From Candidatus Dojkabacteria bacterium (GTDB lineage: Bacteria > Patescibacteriota > Dojkabacteria > B142 > OLB20): a stretch of DNA of 64,000 bases. How positions within the stretch are numbered: the stretch's first letter is position 1; each line of letters begins with the position of its first letter. The translations under genes and the position numbers were made by a program. The notes beneath the pieces are model-generated. The model had not been told where the DNA came from. It saw nothing but the letters and a program-made list of their open reading frames with translations, and did no database searches. Shown here piece after piece: positions 35,984-45,963 of the stretch. Location of the stretch: positions 25,941-89,940 of the forward strand of contig CP129475.1 in assembly GCA_030583785.1 (NCBI GenBank). Direction: 5' to 3'.

Positions 35984-36599
35984 TTTGATACTGTTACCAC
36001 TGGCCTTTGTTTGTCTGTTTGCATCTAATGTTAATGCACAAGATAATTCAGCAAAGATAACATTTGAAACAGAGGATGTCACGGTTGATATTGGCCAAGA
36101 TGTCCAGGTCAAAGTGGTCTACTCTGGGAGCTTTGACTCCAATGGAGTTTCGCTTCAATTGTCATATAATCCTGAACAGCTTACAGTTGTAAGTATAAAG
36201 GGAGAAACTGATACCCTCTCTGTTGGAACAACGATAGAAAACGGTCTTGCAGGAATAGATTTAGCCAAGGCTGAATCATTCCAAGACGGAGATGTATTGG
36301 CAGTAATTACTGTTCGACTTCTCACAGAAAAAGATACTACTTTGAAGTTATTAAGTACATCAAGAATTGTTGGCATAGAAGAGCAAACCCCTGAGCAAGA
36401 ATTGGGTGTTAAGTTTGCCTATCCTGAATTATTTCTCGCTACTAACGAAACTACAGAGAATGACAATAACTATGAGGAGTTTCAACCTGCCATAGCTATA
36501 ATACTAATGGTTGTTGGATCAATAATTCTTTCGGTTGCACTGATCGCATTATTCATTGTTTCTCTGAAAAGTAAACCAAATGTCAGTACAAAGATGTAA
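35952..36599 (+). CDS. Membrane-anchored cohesin-like domain protein
   Basis: Signal peptide, then ITFETEDVTVDIGQDVQVKVVYSGSFDSNGVSLQLSYNPEQLTVVSIKGE...GLAGIDLAKAES...GDVLAVITVRLL, which matches the cohesin beta-sandwich pattern (V.V......V.F.G......C.F...YDP..LE...I). It ends in a C-terminal TM plus a KSKPN tail. Confidence 0.5.
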   Translation: MVKKMLVRTISLILLPLAFVCLFASNVNAQDNSAKITFETEDVTVDIGQDVQVKVVYSGSFDSNGVSLQLSYNPEQLTVVSIKGETDTLSVGTTIENGLAGIDLAKAESFQDGDVLAVITVRLLTEKDTTLKLLSTSRIVGIEEQTPEQELGVKFAYPELFLATNETTENDNNYEEFQPAIAIILMVVGSIILSVALIALFIVSLKSKPNVSTKM

Positions 36600-37143
36600 T
36601 TGGGCAACTAGCGATGATCTCTTAGTTAGGTATCACGACCAAGAGTGGGGTAAACCGAACCACGATGACCGCAGACATTTCGAGCATCTGTGCTTAGAAA
36701 TAATGCAATCAGGATTAAGCTGGTTAACAGTTCTTAGAAAGCGGCAATCTTTTGCTAACGCATTTATGCAATATGATTTGCAAAAGATTGCCGCAATGAC
36801 CGAACTCGATGTCGAAAGACTAATGCTTGATGAATCGATCATAAGAAACAAAAGAAAGATCGAAGCCATCATTCATAACGCAAGAGTTGTTAGGGATATG
36901 CAAGAAAAGGGATTTCGCCTAAGTGTCTTCTTCTGGAGTTATGTAAACGGAGTCCCATTAAAGAATAAGTGGTTAAATCAAGAACAACTGCCTGCAAAGT
37001 CAGATTTATCAGAGCAAATAGCTAAAGACATGCGGAAGAATGGCTTTAAATTTGTGGGTCCAACAAATATTTATGCTCATTTGCAATCAATGGGAATAAT
37101 TAATGACCACTTACAAAGCTGTTTTAGGTATAATCAGGTGTAG
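36580..37143 (+). CDS. tag: DNA-3-methyladenine glycosylase I
   Basis: RCNWATSDDLLVRYHDQEWGKP...HLCLEIMQSGLSWLTVLRKRQSF is a near-canonical Tag N-terminus. Confidence 0.75.
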   Translation: MSVQRCNWATSDDLLVRYHDQEWGKPNHDDRRHFEHLCLEIMQSGLSWLTVLRKRQSFANAFMQYDLQKIAAMTELDVERLMLDESIIRNKRKIEAIIHNARVVRDMQEKGFRLSVFFWSYVNGVPLKNKWLNQEQLPAKSDLSEQIAKDMRKNGFKFVGPTNIYAHLQSMGIINDHLQSCFRYNQV

Positions 37144-37152
37144 AAATAAAAG

Positions 37153-37617
37153 ATGAAAATTCTAATCTCACTAATAATAATTGTCTCCCCATTTATTTTG
37201 GCGGTACTACTGTCTGGGATTCTTATCGAGACGCCAGACACTACCCCGCAAGATACTACGGCTGTTGTTCCTAGTGTTACAACAGTATTTGAGATCTTGC
37301 CTGTAGAGATAGCAGTAGAAGCAACACCTACATTCGAAATACTTCCTGTTGAAGATACTCAGATACCAACAATTACTAACTCGCCAATCCGAGTTAATCA
37401 AGTTCAGCAGATTGAACCAACTAGTCTCGAAGAGAATAATATCGTTAATCCCACCGAGACAGAATTGATAATTGAGGCAACAATTCCTCCGGATGTTACT
37501 ACAGCTGATATTGGTATGGATTCTACATCAATTCTTTTAACCACTTTGTTTATTACCTTAACAAGTGGATTCTTATTGTACTTGGGCTCTATTCTTAGAA
37601 AACACAAGGGTAAATGA
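37153..37617 (+). CDS. Small surface protein with a tandem TxFEILPVE repeat and a C-terminal hydrophobic plus basic tail
   Basis: N-terminal signal/TM. Repeat TVFEILPVEIAVEA / TPTFEILPVEDTQI. C-terminal LLTTLFITLTSGFLLYLGSILRKHKGK resembles a cell-wall sorting signal but has no LPXTG. Confidence 0.4.
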   Translation: MKILISLIIIVSPFILAVLLSGILIETPDTTPQDTTAVVPSVTTVFEILPVEIAVEATPTFEILPVEDTQIPTITNSPIRVNQVQQIEPTSLEENNIVNPTETELIIEATIPPDVTTADIGMDSTSILLTTLFITLTSGFLLYLGSILRKHKGK

Positions 37618-38264
37618 AAACTTTAGTTATTGCCGATTTACATCTCCGCAATGCTTTCGACCAAAGATTGTTTGATTTTTTGAAGAATCTTATCTCTGAC
37701 GCTCAGCAAGTAATCATAAATGGAGATTTGATCGAAGGTGACCTCGCATACTGGCAGGATATATTCTCCGGAAAGTGGTCAAAATTATGGGAATTGTTCA
37801 GCAAAAAAAAGTCCATTTATATTCTTGGAAATCATGATTCAGACATTGAAATTGATGAATTGAAGAAACTGAATATCTTCAGCGAAATAGGCACAAGTTA
37901 CAATTTTATTCATCAGGATATGAAGGTGCATGTGGAGCATGGACATCGCTTTACAAATGAATCGCCCCTTAGGTCGTTGCCTAGATCTTTGCTAAAGCCT
38001 GTCGCTTATGTAAATAGGATTAAGGACTCAATCCTAGATCAAATTTGGCCATATAAGGGGAAGAATAAAATCGACTACAAGCAGTTGAAAAATGCAGAAA
38101 TAGAAACTAACCCCGAAGCGGATATCTTCATTTTGTCCCACACTCATCAACCATATGCAGATGAAGATGAAAAGATATACAATACAGGAAGTATAAGATT
38201 TGGCTTCGCCTCTTGGATAACAATCGAAGATGGCAAAGTCAAAATTCATAAAGCTAAATACTGA
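37614..38264 (+). CDS. Calcineurin-like metallophosphoesterase
   Basis: MKTLVIADLHL (motif DxH), INGDLIE (GD), ILGNHD (GNHD/E) and HTH near the C-terminus. Confidence 0.6.
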   Translation: MKTLVIADLHLRNAFDQRLFDFLKNLISDAQQVIINGDLIEGDLAYWQDIFSGKWSKLWELFSKKKSIYILGNHDSDIEIDELKKLNIFSEIGTSYNFIHQDMKVHVEHGHRFTNESPLRSLPRSLLKPVAYVNRIKDSILDQIWPYKGKNKIDYKQLKNAEIETNPEADIFILSHTHQPYADEDEKIYNTGSIRFGFASWITIEDGKVKIHKAKY

Positions 38265-39579
38265 AATGGATGAATACCTAAAACTACTACGCGAGATAAT
38301 TGCGATTAGAAGTGTATCAACTGATGCTTCGTATCAGACAGAAATTCATAAGGCAGTTAAATGGTACAAAGAATTACTCAGTAGGGCAGGAGCCGAGGTA
38401 GAAATAATTTCTGGTTACGATAATCCTTTTGTAATAGCAAAGTTCTTAGTAGACAAAAGTCTTTCTACTTGCTTAGTTTACGGACATTATGATGTGCAAC
38501 CTGCAAATATTGATGAAGGCTGGACTTCTGAGCCATTCTCTCTTCGGATAGACGACCAACGCGTTTATGCCAGAGGTGTTGTCGACAACAAAGGGCAAGC
38601 ATTAATACATATATATTCTGTTATTAGAGCATTTCGAGAAAACAAATTATCTAAGAATGTGGTATTTCTGCTTGAAGGCAACGAAGAAACTGGCTCTCCT
38701 GCATTGCCAAGATTCATTAAGGATAAGTCGAAGCTATTGAAAGCAGATCTAGCCCTGATCTCCGACGGTGAGATTGTAGGCTCTACTCCTGTAATTGAGG
38801 CGGGTTTTCGAGGAGGATTCAATTCAACATTACAAGTAAAAACTGCCGATCTTGATCTTCACTCTGGCATCTATGGGGGCACTGCACCGAATGCTGCTCA
38901 CGAATTAATCACTATCCTCACAAAACTTATAGATGCAAAAACATATAAGGTAAACATACCAGGCTTTTATGAAGATGTAGATACGATCACTGATGATCAG
39001 CTAAAGAACAACAAATCAATTCCATTTAACTCTAAGGATTACAAGGATATCTCTGGAATCAAGGTTATCCTCAATGAAGAATATGATGTATATACACAAA
39101 CAGGGCTTCTTCCTAGCGTTCAAATTACAGGTATAAGCAGTGGCTATAATGGTCAAGGCTATCGAAACGGCATTCCTGCCGTTGCTAGTGCAAAGATCAA
39201 TTTTCGACTTGTAAAATCACAATCGGCGCAAAAAATTACAAAACAGTTCAGAGAATTTATTGATAAGATTAAACCAAGTTATGCTGAGATCGATTTACAA
39301 ATCAACGATCCTTATGAAGGAGTAAAACTAGATTTGGATAATGATCATATAAGACTTGCGGCAAAAATCATTAATAAGACTTTTGGAGTAGATCCGGTTT
39401 ATAAGTATTCAGGCGGAGGTCTTCCGATAGTGACTTATTTACAAGACTACTTAAGAATAACACCTGTACTTGTTCCTTTAGGAAACGAAGATTGCAACAT
39501 GCACGCAATAAACGAAAATTATAATCTAAAAGTACTAAAATCAGCACTAGATTTTAGTATGCTATATTTTACTAGTTAG
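38230..39579 (+). CDS. M20-family metallopeptidase (dipeptidase / ArgE-DapE-CPG2-like)
   Basis: LVYGHYDVQPA, GVVDNKGQ and LLEGNEETGS are the M20 metal-binding and catalytic motifs. Confidence 0.7.
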   Translation: MAKSKFIKLNTEMDEYLKLLREIIAIRSVSTDASYQTEIHKAVKWYKELLSRAGAEVEIISGYDNPFVIAKFLVDKSLSTCLVYGHYDVQPANIDEGWTSEPFSLRIDDQRVYARGVVDNKGQALIHIYSVIRAFRENKLSKNVVFLLEGNEETGSPALPRFIKDKSKLLKADLALISDGEIVGSTPVIEAGFRGGFNSTLQVKTADLDLHSGIYGGTAPNAAHELITILTKLIDAKTYKVNIPGFYEDVDTITDDQLKNNKSIPFNSKDYKDISGIKVILNEEYDVYTQTGLLPSVQITGISSGYNGQGYRNGIPAVASAKINFRLVKSQSAQKITKQFREFIDKIKPSYAEIDLQINDPYEGVKLDLDNDHIRLAAKIINKTFGVDPVYKYSGGGLPIVTYLQDYLRITPVLVPLGNEDCNMHAINENYNLKVLKSALDFSMLYFTS

Positions 39580-39589
39580 CAAAATAATT

Positions 39590-40462
39590 ATGAGGATTCT
39601 CAAAGGAGCAATTCGTTTATCAAGATATAAAGAAGTTCTGGGCACAGTGTTTGTGCTTTCCTTTTTCGGGGTTTTATTGGCACAGCATAATACAGAAGTG
39701 CTTAATTATCAGCTAATTCCAATCATTATTCTTGCTAACTTGGGTGCAACAACATTCGCTTTCATGATTAACGATGTAGAAGATGCAGAAGATGATGCCA
39801 GAGATCCCAAAAAAGCTAAAAGAAACCCTATCTCTGCCGGTTTATTAAGTCATTTTGAAGGAACTACTATCTCAATGCTTATGTTCATAGTCTCCTTAAT
39901 TTTGTTTGCACTACTTGGGGAGCTTGTGTTCTTGGTGGGGGCTTCTATGTTGATTATTGGCTTTCTTTACTCTTGGAGAAGAATTAGACTTAAAGGTTTG
40001 CCATTTATCGATATGATCTCTCACGGGTATTTCTTAGGTGGAGCTGCACTTCTTGTCTCATATCTTGCTTTCGCTCAGCTTTCTATAGAAATATTACTTG
40101 CTTTCTTGGGTGTGTTTCTTGTATCGCTTGGTGGAGACATGTTTAACGAGATCAGAGATTACGAATCAGATAAGAAAGCTAAACTCAAAAACACAGTTTC
40201 GGTTTTAGGATTGAAACCAAGCATCTTTCTAAGATACTTTTTTACCGTGGTTGGCTTAGGTCTGCTCGGGTTTACTATTCTTAGTATTTTCTCTTTATTA
40301 AATATCCCTGCAGTTATCGTGGGTATTGTTCTTACTGTTCTTCTAAGCTTATATACGATATTTATTAGTAAAGAATCGATCTTAGACTACGATAATATAA
40401 TGTTTTATAATCCGCTACTTGCTATAGTATGCGTAGTGTTAATAATCTCAATATTTTATTAA
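39590..40462 (+). CDS. UbiA-family prenyltransferase
   Basis: Polytopic, with NDVEDAEDDARDP (the NDxxDxxxD Asp-rich motif) and a second DxxxD-like motif in GGDMFNEIRDYESD. Confidence 0.65.
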   Translation: MRILKGAIRLSRYKEVLGTVFVLSFFGVLLAQHNTEVLNYQLIPIIILANLGATTFAFMINDVEDAEDDARDPKKAKRNPISAGLLSHFEGTTISMLMFIVSLILFALLGELVFLVGASMLIIGFLYSWRRIRLKGLPFIDMISHGYFLGGAALLVSYLAFAQLSIEILLAFLGVFLVSLGGDMFNEIRDYESDKKAKLKNTVSVLGLKPSIFLRYFFTVVGLGLLGFTILSIFSLLNIPAVIVGIVLTVLLSLYTIFISKESILDYDNIMFYNPLLAIVCVVLIISIFY

Positions 40463-40468
40463 TATCCG

Positions 40469-40819
40469 ATGTCACAATCACAAACGAAAAGCGAACAAGC
40501 AACTGGAGGAATATTTTCTTTTGGGTTTGGAATTATTAAAAGCTTTGTCTTCTTTTTCTGGCAACCTATAGTGCTTGCGATTCTAGGATATGTACTGTAT
40601 TCAGAACTTCGACAGTCTTTTCTGTTTGCTCTCTTTGTGTTAAGTGCTTTTTATCTAGTTCTGTTTGCATTCCGTTTTCTTAAACTGGCACTATCAGCAA
40701 TGACATTCAACATAATAGGCATATTCAGAAACTTGAAGAATATCCTTTTCAGCCTGTTTTTTTTACTCCTATTATGGACTGCGTATGTCTACTTTTACGG
40801 AACAGATTTCGTACTTTAG
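40469..40819 (+). CDS. Small membrane protein, unknown
   Basis: Three or four hydrophobic helices. Confidence 0.35.
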   Translation: MSQSQTKSEQATGGIFSFGFGIIKSFVFFFWQPIVLAILGYVLYSELRQSFLFALFVLSAFYLVLFAFRFLKLALSAMTFNIIGIFRNLKNILFSLFFLLLLWTAYVYFYGTDFVL

Positions 40820-40899
40820 TATGTCTTTGTGGTGTAAGACTTGACAAATACACCTGATCGTAAATATAGTGAACTAATAATTTTGATGGAAATATTGGT

Positions 40900-41283
40900 A
40901 TGGATGAATTAAAGAAAGTTTTGGTAGTTGAAGATGAACCAGATGCCAGACAAATATTCCTAGATGTACTTTCAGAAGCAGGTTTTGACACAAAAGTTGC
41001 TGCAGATGGAGTAGAAGCTCTTGAGCTTATGCAACAAAATAAGTTTGACTTGGTACTACTCGACATAATTATGCCAAATATGGATGGAGTAATGACTTTG
41101 GCAGAAGCAAAAAAGTATCCCGGCAAATATGGTGATATGAAAATTGTAATGCTCAGTAACATTGGCGGAGATGTAGCTATTGATAAAGCGCTTAAACTCG
41201 GTGCAGATGGATATATGCTTAAATCCGAAACCGAGCCTGATGATCTAATCGCCCTCGTTAAAAACTATTTGGGGGTAGCATAA
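40900..41283 (+). CDS. Stand-alone response-regulator receiver (CheY-like)
   Basis: KVLVVEDEPDARQIF...DLVLLDIIMPNMDG...KIVMLS...ALKLGADGYMLK carries D10/D11, phospho-acceptor D54 (LLDIIMP), T/S82 and K104. There is no output domain, and no histidine kinase in the window. Confidence 0.7.
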   Translation: MDELKKVLVVEDEPDARQIFLDVLSEAGFDTKVAADGVEALELMQQNKFDLVLLDIIMPNMDGVMTLAEAKKYPGKYGDMKIVMLSNIGGDVAIDKALKLGADGYMLKSETEPDDLIALVKNYLGVA

Positions 41284-41310
41284 TTAATTACCCGTTAATT
41301 CAAATTCAAC

Positions 41311-42567
41311 ATGAAGATTGATTCAGTATTTGCCCGCGAAATTCTTGACTCCAGAGGAAATCCAACTGTAGAGGCCGAAGTTAAACTTGCAAATGGCATT
41401 ACAGCCAGAGCAGCTGTCCCCAGCGGAGCTTCCACTGGTGAACACGAAGCTGTCGAACTTAGAGACGGAGGCAGCAGATATCTTGGCAAGGGCGTATCAA
41501 AAGCAGTTAACAATGTGAATGGGACAATTGCTAAAGAAATAGTAGGATTTGACTCAGAAAAACAGGCAGAGATTGACGAGCTAATGATCAAGTTAGACGG
41601 TAGCGAAAATAAATCCGTACTTGGAGCGAACGCAATATTGTCTGTATCGTTAGCTGTAGCAAGGGCTCATGCACTTTCTGTCAATGAACCACTATACAAA
41701 TATTTAAGCACTTTTTCTGAAACAAATCACAAGCTGACTCTACCTACACCTATGATGAATGTTCTAAATGGCGGTCAGCATGCTCCTGATGGTGTTGATA
41801 TGCAAGAGTTCATGGTCATGCCTTTAGGTATCGAAGATTTTTCTGAAAAGGTCAGAGCTGGTGCAGAGATATTCCATAAACTAAAAGAGCTTCTTAAAAA
41901 GTCAGGATATGTAACCTTGGTCGGAGACGAAGGCGGTTTTGCCCCTGCACTAAAAAAGAATGAAGATGCAATTGCCATAATACTTGAAGCAGTCGATGCT
42001 GCAGGTTATAAAGCTGGTGAGCAGGTTAAAATTGCTATGGATCCTGCTATGTCAGAACTCTGGGACGAAAAACAGGGTGTTTATGACTTAAAGAAAGAGG
42101 GAATAAAACTTACTCCAAACGAAATGAAAAAGTATTGGCAAGATATTACAAATAAGTATCCTGTATTTTCGATAGAAGATATCCTTGACGAAGATGCCTG
42201 GACTGATTGGGCTGATTTTATGAGTAGTTATAACTCAAAGAATATTCAAATAGTCGGAGATGATTTCTTGGTCACAAATATTGAAAGACTCAACAAGGCT
42301 ATAGAAACCAAGGCTTGTAATTCTATTCTGATTAAACTAAATCAAATAGGAACTTTGTCAGAAACAATAGCGGCCATTAATCTTGCACACAAAAATAACA
42401 TGACAGCAGTTGTGTCTCATAGGTCCGGAGAAACGGAAGATACTTTTATCGCAGATCTCGTTGTAGGAATGGGTACCGGTCAAATAAAAACTGGCTCCAT
42501 GTCCAGATCAGATAGAGTGGCAAAGTATAATCAACTTCTCCGCATTTCAGAACAAATTACAAATTAG
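41311..42567 (+). CDS. eno: Enolase
   Basis: MKIDSVFAREILDSRGNPTVEAEV..., SGETED and the full-length enolase signature. Confidence 0.9.
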   Translation: MKIDSVFAREILDSRGNPTVEAEVKLANGITARAAVPSGASTGEHEAVELRDGGSRYLGKGVSKAVNNVNGTIAKEIVGFDSEKQAEIDELMIKLDGSENKSVLGANAILSVSLAVARAHALSVNEPLYKYLSTFSETNHKLTLPTPMMNVLNGGQHAPDGVDMQEFMVMPLGIEDFSEKVRAGAEIFHKLKELLKKSGYVTLVGDEGGFAPALKKNEDAIAIILEAVDAAGYKAGEQVKIAMDPAMSELWDEKQGVYDLKKEGIKLTPNEMKKYWQDITNKYPVFSIEDILDEDAWTDWADFMSSYNSKNIQIVGDDFLVTNIERLNKAIETKACNSILIKLNQIGTLSETIAAINLAHKNNMTAVVSHRSGETEDTFIADLVVGMGTGQIKTGSMSRSDRVAKYNQLLRISEQITN

Positions 42568-42576
42568 TTATCGATA

Positions 42577-43590
42577 ATGAAGCAATTCTATGTGACCGAT
42601 TTAAAGCATGGTCTGCAGTTAAACAATGAAACATTTGCTATAAAAGATGCGACCAGACAAACTACTAAAGCAGGTAAACCGTTTTTTAGATTAACCCTGC
42701 AAGACAAGACTGGTTCAATTGGTGCCCAAATATGGTCAGACAGCTTTGCTTCTGTAGACACAAAAACGATCTCCTCTGGAAGAGTCGTTATGATAGATGC
42801 CATGGTAGAAGACTATAAAGGCACTCTGCAATTGAATATCTCAAAATTATCAGCTGTAGATGAAACTGCCTTAGAAGAATTTGTCGAGGCTAGTGACTTT
42901 GATCTAGATGATCTTTGGAAGCAACTTCGAGAACATATTGATTCAATCCAAAAACCAAACATCAAAAAGTTTTTAGAAAAGTTCTTTGGTGACCAAGACT
43001 TTTGTGTCAGGTTTAAAACAGCTCCTGCTGCAGAAGAGATTCATCATTCATTTCGGGGCGGTTTACTAGAACATGTTCTTGAGATGCTTGCCATAATTGA
43101 TTCATTTAAAAAGTTCTATCCTGAAGCTGATTACGATATTGCTAAGGCTGGTGCAATTTTGCACGATGTCGGAAAACTCGAGGAAATGAAAGTAGAAGGA
43201 ACTGTTGTTCAAAGAACCAAGGCCGGAAGTCTGCTTGGCCATATTCCACTAGGCTTTGAGATGGTCTCAAGATATGCAGATAATGTTCTCAGTCTAGAAG
43301 AAGCGTTAAATATCAAACACATAATACTTTCTCATCATGGTCAGTTAGAGTATGGAAGTCCGGTTAAGCCTGCAACAATAGAAGCAATAATGGTTAGCGA
43401 GGCAGACGATACATCATCAAAGGTGCGCATCTTTCAAAAGGTACTTAGAAGAGCAAGCAGTGCTGACGGTGAATTTACTGAATATGATCGTATTCTTGGG
43501 ACAAAAGTCTATAAAAATACAACATTAAAGTCAGAAGCAACTAGTTTAGATGACTCAGAATTAGCGCATGAACAATCTTCCTTTGCATAA
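42577..43590 (+). CDS. yhaM: YhaM-like 3'-5' exoribonuclease (OB-fold plus HD domain)
   Basis: N-terminal OB-fold (FAIKDATRQTTKAGKPFFRLTLQDKTG). HD domain HHSFRGGLLEHVLEM...ILHDVGK...LSHHG. Confidence 0.6.
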   Translation: MKQFYVTDLKHGLQLNNETFAIKDATRQTTKAGKPFFRLTLQDKTGSIGAQIWSDSFASVDTKTISSGRVVMIDAMVEDYKGTLQLNISKLSAVDETALEEFVEASDFDLDDLWKQLREHIDSIQKPNIKKFLEKFFGDQDFCVRFKTAPAAEEIHHSFRGGLLEHVLEMLAIIDSFKKFYPEADYDIAKAGAILHDVGKLEEMKVEGTVVQRTKAGSLLGHIPLGFEMVSRYADNVLSLEEALNIKHIILSHHGQLEYGSPVKPATIEAIMVSEADDTSSKVRIFQKVLRRASSADGEFTEYDRILGTKVYKNTTLKSEATSLDDSELAHEQSSFA

Positions 43591-44218
43591 ACTCTCACTT
43601 ATCGAGCTAGAAGAATTATTCTCAGAAGTTTTTGATAACTACCTTGATTACGAGATTGTTAAGAAGGCTTATGATTTTGCTAAAAAGGCTCACGCTGGTC
43701 AGTTGAGAGACGAAGGCAGGGAATACATAGTTCATCCCTTAAGAATGATAATCACTATGTTTCGTGATTACCAAGTTGATGATAGAAATATGCTGGTTGC
43801 AGCTCTATTGCATGATGTGATAGAAGATACGAGCATTAGTGCCGAGCAAATCAGAGAGGAATTTGGCGAGAAAGCGTGTGATTATGTCTTAGCACTAACC
43901 AGACCAAGAGATGCAAACGAGAATCCCAACGATAAATTTGCTGCAAAAAAAAGAAAGTTTGAATATTATATGCAAGCTCCGTTCAAAGTAAAGCAGATTA
44001 AACTGTTTGATCTAATCGACAATATGTTGGATTGGCAGTACTTCCCCAAGAACCATCCAACAACTGAAAAGTTCCCCAGGTGGCTGTTTGAATATAAACA
44101 CTTTGTTGTCCCACTGGCAGAATCAGTAGGACCAAGGTATCTTGAGCCGATAAGCGAAGTTCTCAGCAAGATGAAGAAGATGGGATACGAGCCTAAAAAC
44201 GGAAGCTACAAGGCTTAG
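43568..44218 (+). CDS. HD-domain (p)ppGpp hydrolase-like protein (Rel/SpoT hydrolase domain only, SAH/Mesh1-like)
   Basis: AKKAHAGQLRDEGREYIVHPLRMIITMF...VAALLHDVIEDT matches the SpoT HD hydrolase N-terminus (A...H.GQ.R..G.PYI.HPL.VA..L....D...I.AALLHDV.EDT). No synthetase domain is present. Confidence 0.55.
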   Translation: MNNLPLHKLSLIELEELFSEVFDNYLDYEIVKKAYDFAKKAHAGQLRDEGREYIVHPLRMIITMFRDYQVDDRNMLVAALLHDVIEDTSISAEQIREEFGEKACDYVLALTRPRDANENPNDKFAAKKRKFEYYMQAPFKVKQIKLFDLIDNMLDWQYFPKNHPTTEKFPRWLFEYKHFVVPLAESVGPRYLEPISEVLSKMKKMGYEPKNGSYKA

Positions 44219-44228
44219 TTTATTAATC

Positions 44229-45890
44229 TTATGAATAGCTGATTATAGGTAGTATCATCGGCTCTCTTTCTGTTTCATCATAAAGGAGCTTTCTGACAGT
44301 GCGCGAAATTCGCTCGCGAATTTCGCGATCATTCTTATAATCCTTTATCTCGTTTTCCATGATGCCCTGAACAAGGGATTTTGCTCTGTTGATAAGTTCT
44401 CCGTGAGTTTTGACGAACACAAATCCTCTGGATACAATTTGCAGGTCTTTTACTCTATGTTTATCTGCATCTAGAGATAGGGCAATAACCACAACTCCAT
44501 AATTTGCCAATTGTTCTCTGTCGCTAAGGATTATATCGCCGATATCACCAACCCCTGAGCCAGATATCAAGATAGGGTTAGATTTAACTTGTGTTGTCAT
44601 CTTCCAGCCTGATTCGTCTAGTTCGATAATAAATCCTCTCCTTGGGATTATCGTATTCTTTTTCTCCATCCCTACACTCATGGCTGTTAGAGCATGTTTA
44701 TGAAGAAATGATGGATATCCATGAATAGGTATAAAGAACTTAGGTTTAACCAGATTGATCATCAGTTTTTGATCCTCTTGATAGCCATGTCCGCTTGAAT
44801 GAAGATCCATTATTTCGGCTTTATGAAGGACATTCGCGCCTTTCTGCGAAAGATCGTCAATCAATCCTTGAACAGTCATGTCGTTGCCAGGAATAATTGA
44901 GGCTGACAAGATTACGGTATCTCCTTGTTTAATCGAAAAATCTTTATGCTCGCCTCTGGCCATTCTAGCTAAGGCTGCAAAGTGTTCGCCCTGAGCTCCC
45001 GTAGCGAGGATCATTACTTTTTCGTCGGGAATTGACTTAAGGTTCTTGGGTGATATAAACAAGTCGTCTTTAACATTGATATAACCTAGCTTTCTAGCTA
45101 TTGTAATTATGTTTTCCATGCTGCGTCCGGCAATCGCCACTTTTCTGCCTTCGTCGTTTGCAATCTTAATTAACTGATAGATTCTGGTCAGCAAAGATGA
45201 AAATGTCGCGACAATAACTCTGCCGTCTGCGTTTTCGACTATTCCTTTAAGAGTATCGTAGATCACCTTTTCTGATTTTGAATGCCCTGATTTAAAAGCA
45301 TTGGTAGAATCTGATAGCAGTGCAAGTACACCTTCTGATCCGGTTCTGGCAATTTTGTCATACTCAGTAACAGGTTCGTTCATAGGTGAATTATCGAATT
45401 TGAAGTCTCCTGAATGGACTATTGTTCCGGCAGGTGTCTTGATTACTACCCCCATAGATTCTGGGATCGAATGTGTTACACCAAAGAACGAGATTTCAAA
45501 GCTTCCAGAGGCGAGTTTTGATTCTTTGGTTACTACTCTGATTTTAACTTTATCCATCAATTTGTGCTCTTCTAGTTTTTGCCTTATCACTTCTAAAGAA
45601 AAGCGTGATGCAAATATTTCTGGAAAGCCCAGATCTTTAATAACATATGGTAATCCTCCAATATGATCTAGATGTGCATGTGTGATGATAATTCCTTGTA
45701 TCTTTTTTTTGTTCCTTTTTAGATAGTCAATATTTGGAATGACATAATCTACTCCGTATTGATCAGACAGGGGGAAGCCAAGTCCGATATCAATAACTGT
45801 GATCTCGTCGTTGTACTCAATTGCTGTACAGTTTATTCCGATTTCTTCAACTCCTCCTAAAGGTATGATCTTAATTTTTGATTTCGACAT
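44229..45890 (-). CDS. rnj: Ribonuclease J
   Basis: MSKSKIKIIPLGGVEEIGINC, ITHAHLDHIGGLPY (metallo-beta-lactamase HxHxDH) and a beta-CASP region. The start is chosen at the conserved MSKSKIKII. The ORF can extend to 45950. Confidence 0.8.
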   Translation of the reverse strand: MSKSKIKIIPLGGVEEIGINCTAIEYNDEITVIDIGLGFPLSDQYGVDYVIPNIDYLKRNKKKIQGIIITHAHLDHIGGLPYVIKDLGFPEIFASRFSLEVIRQKLEEHKLMDKVKIRVVTKESKLASGSFEISFFGVTHSIPESMGVVIKTPAGTIVHSGDFKFDNSPMNEPVTEYDKIARTGSEGVLALLSDSTNAFKSGHSKSEKVIYDTLKGIVENADGRVIVATFSSLLTRIYQLIKIANDEGRKVAIAGRSMENIITIARKLGYINVKDDLFISPKNLKSIPDEKVMILATGAQGEHFAALARMARGEHKDFSIKQGDTVILSASIIPGNDMTVQGLIDDLSQKGANVLHKAEIMDLHSSGHGYQEDQKLMINLVKPKFFIPIHGYPSFLHKHALTAMSVGMEKKNTIIPRRGFIIELDESGWKMTTQVKSNPILISGSGVGDIGDIILSDREQLANYGVVVIALSLDADKHRVKDLQIVSRGFVFVKTHGELINRAKSLVQGIMENEIKDYKNDREIRERISRTVRKLLYDETEREPMILPIISYS

Positions 45891-45963
45891 ATATGTTTGT
45901 TGACTGAATATTGTGTTAAATTGTCGACTTATTATAATACATTTAAGCAATTAAACTAAGGGA

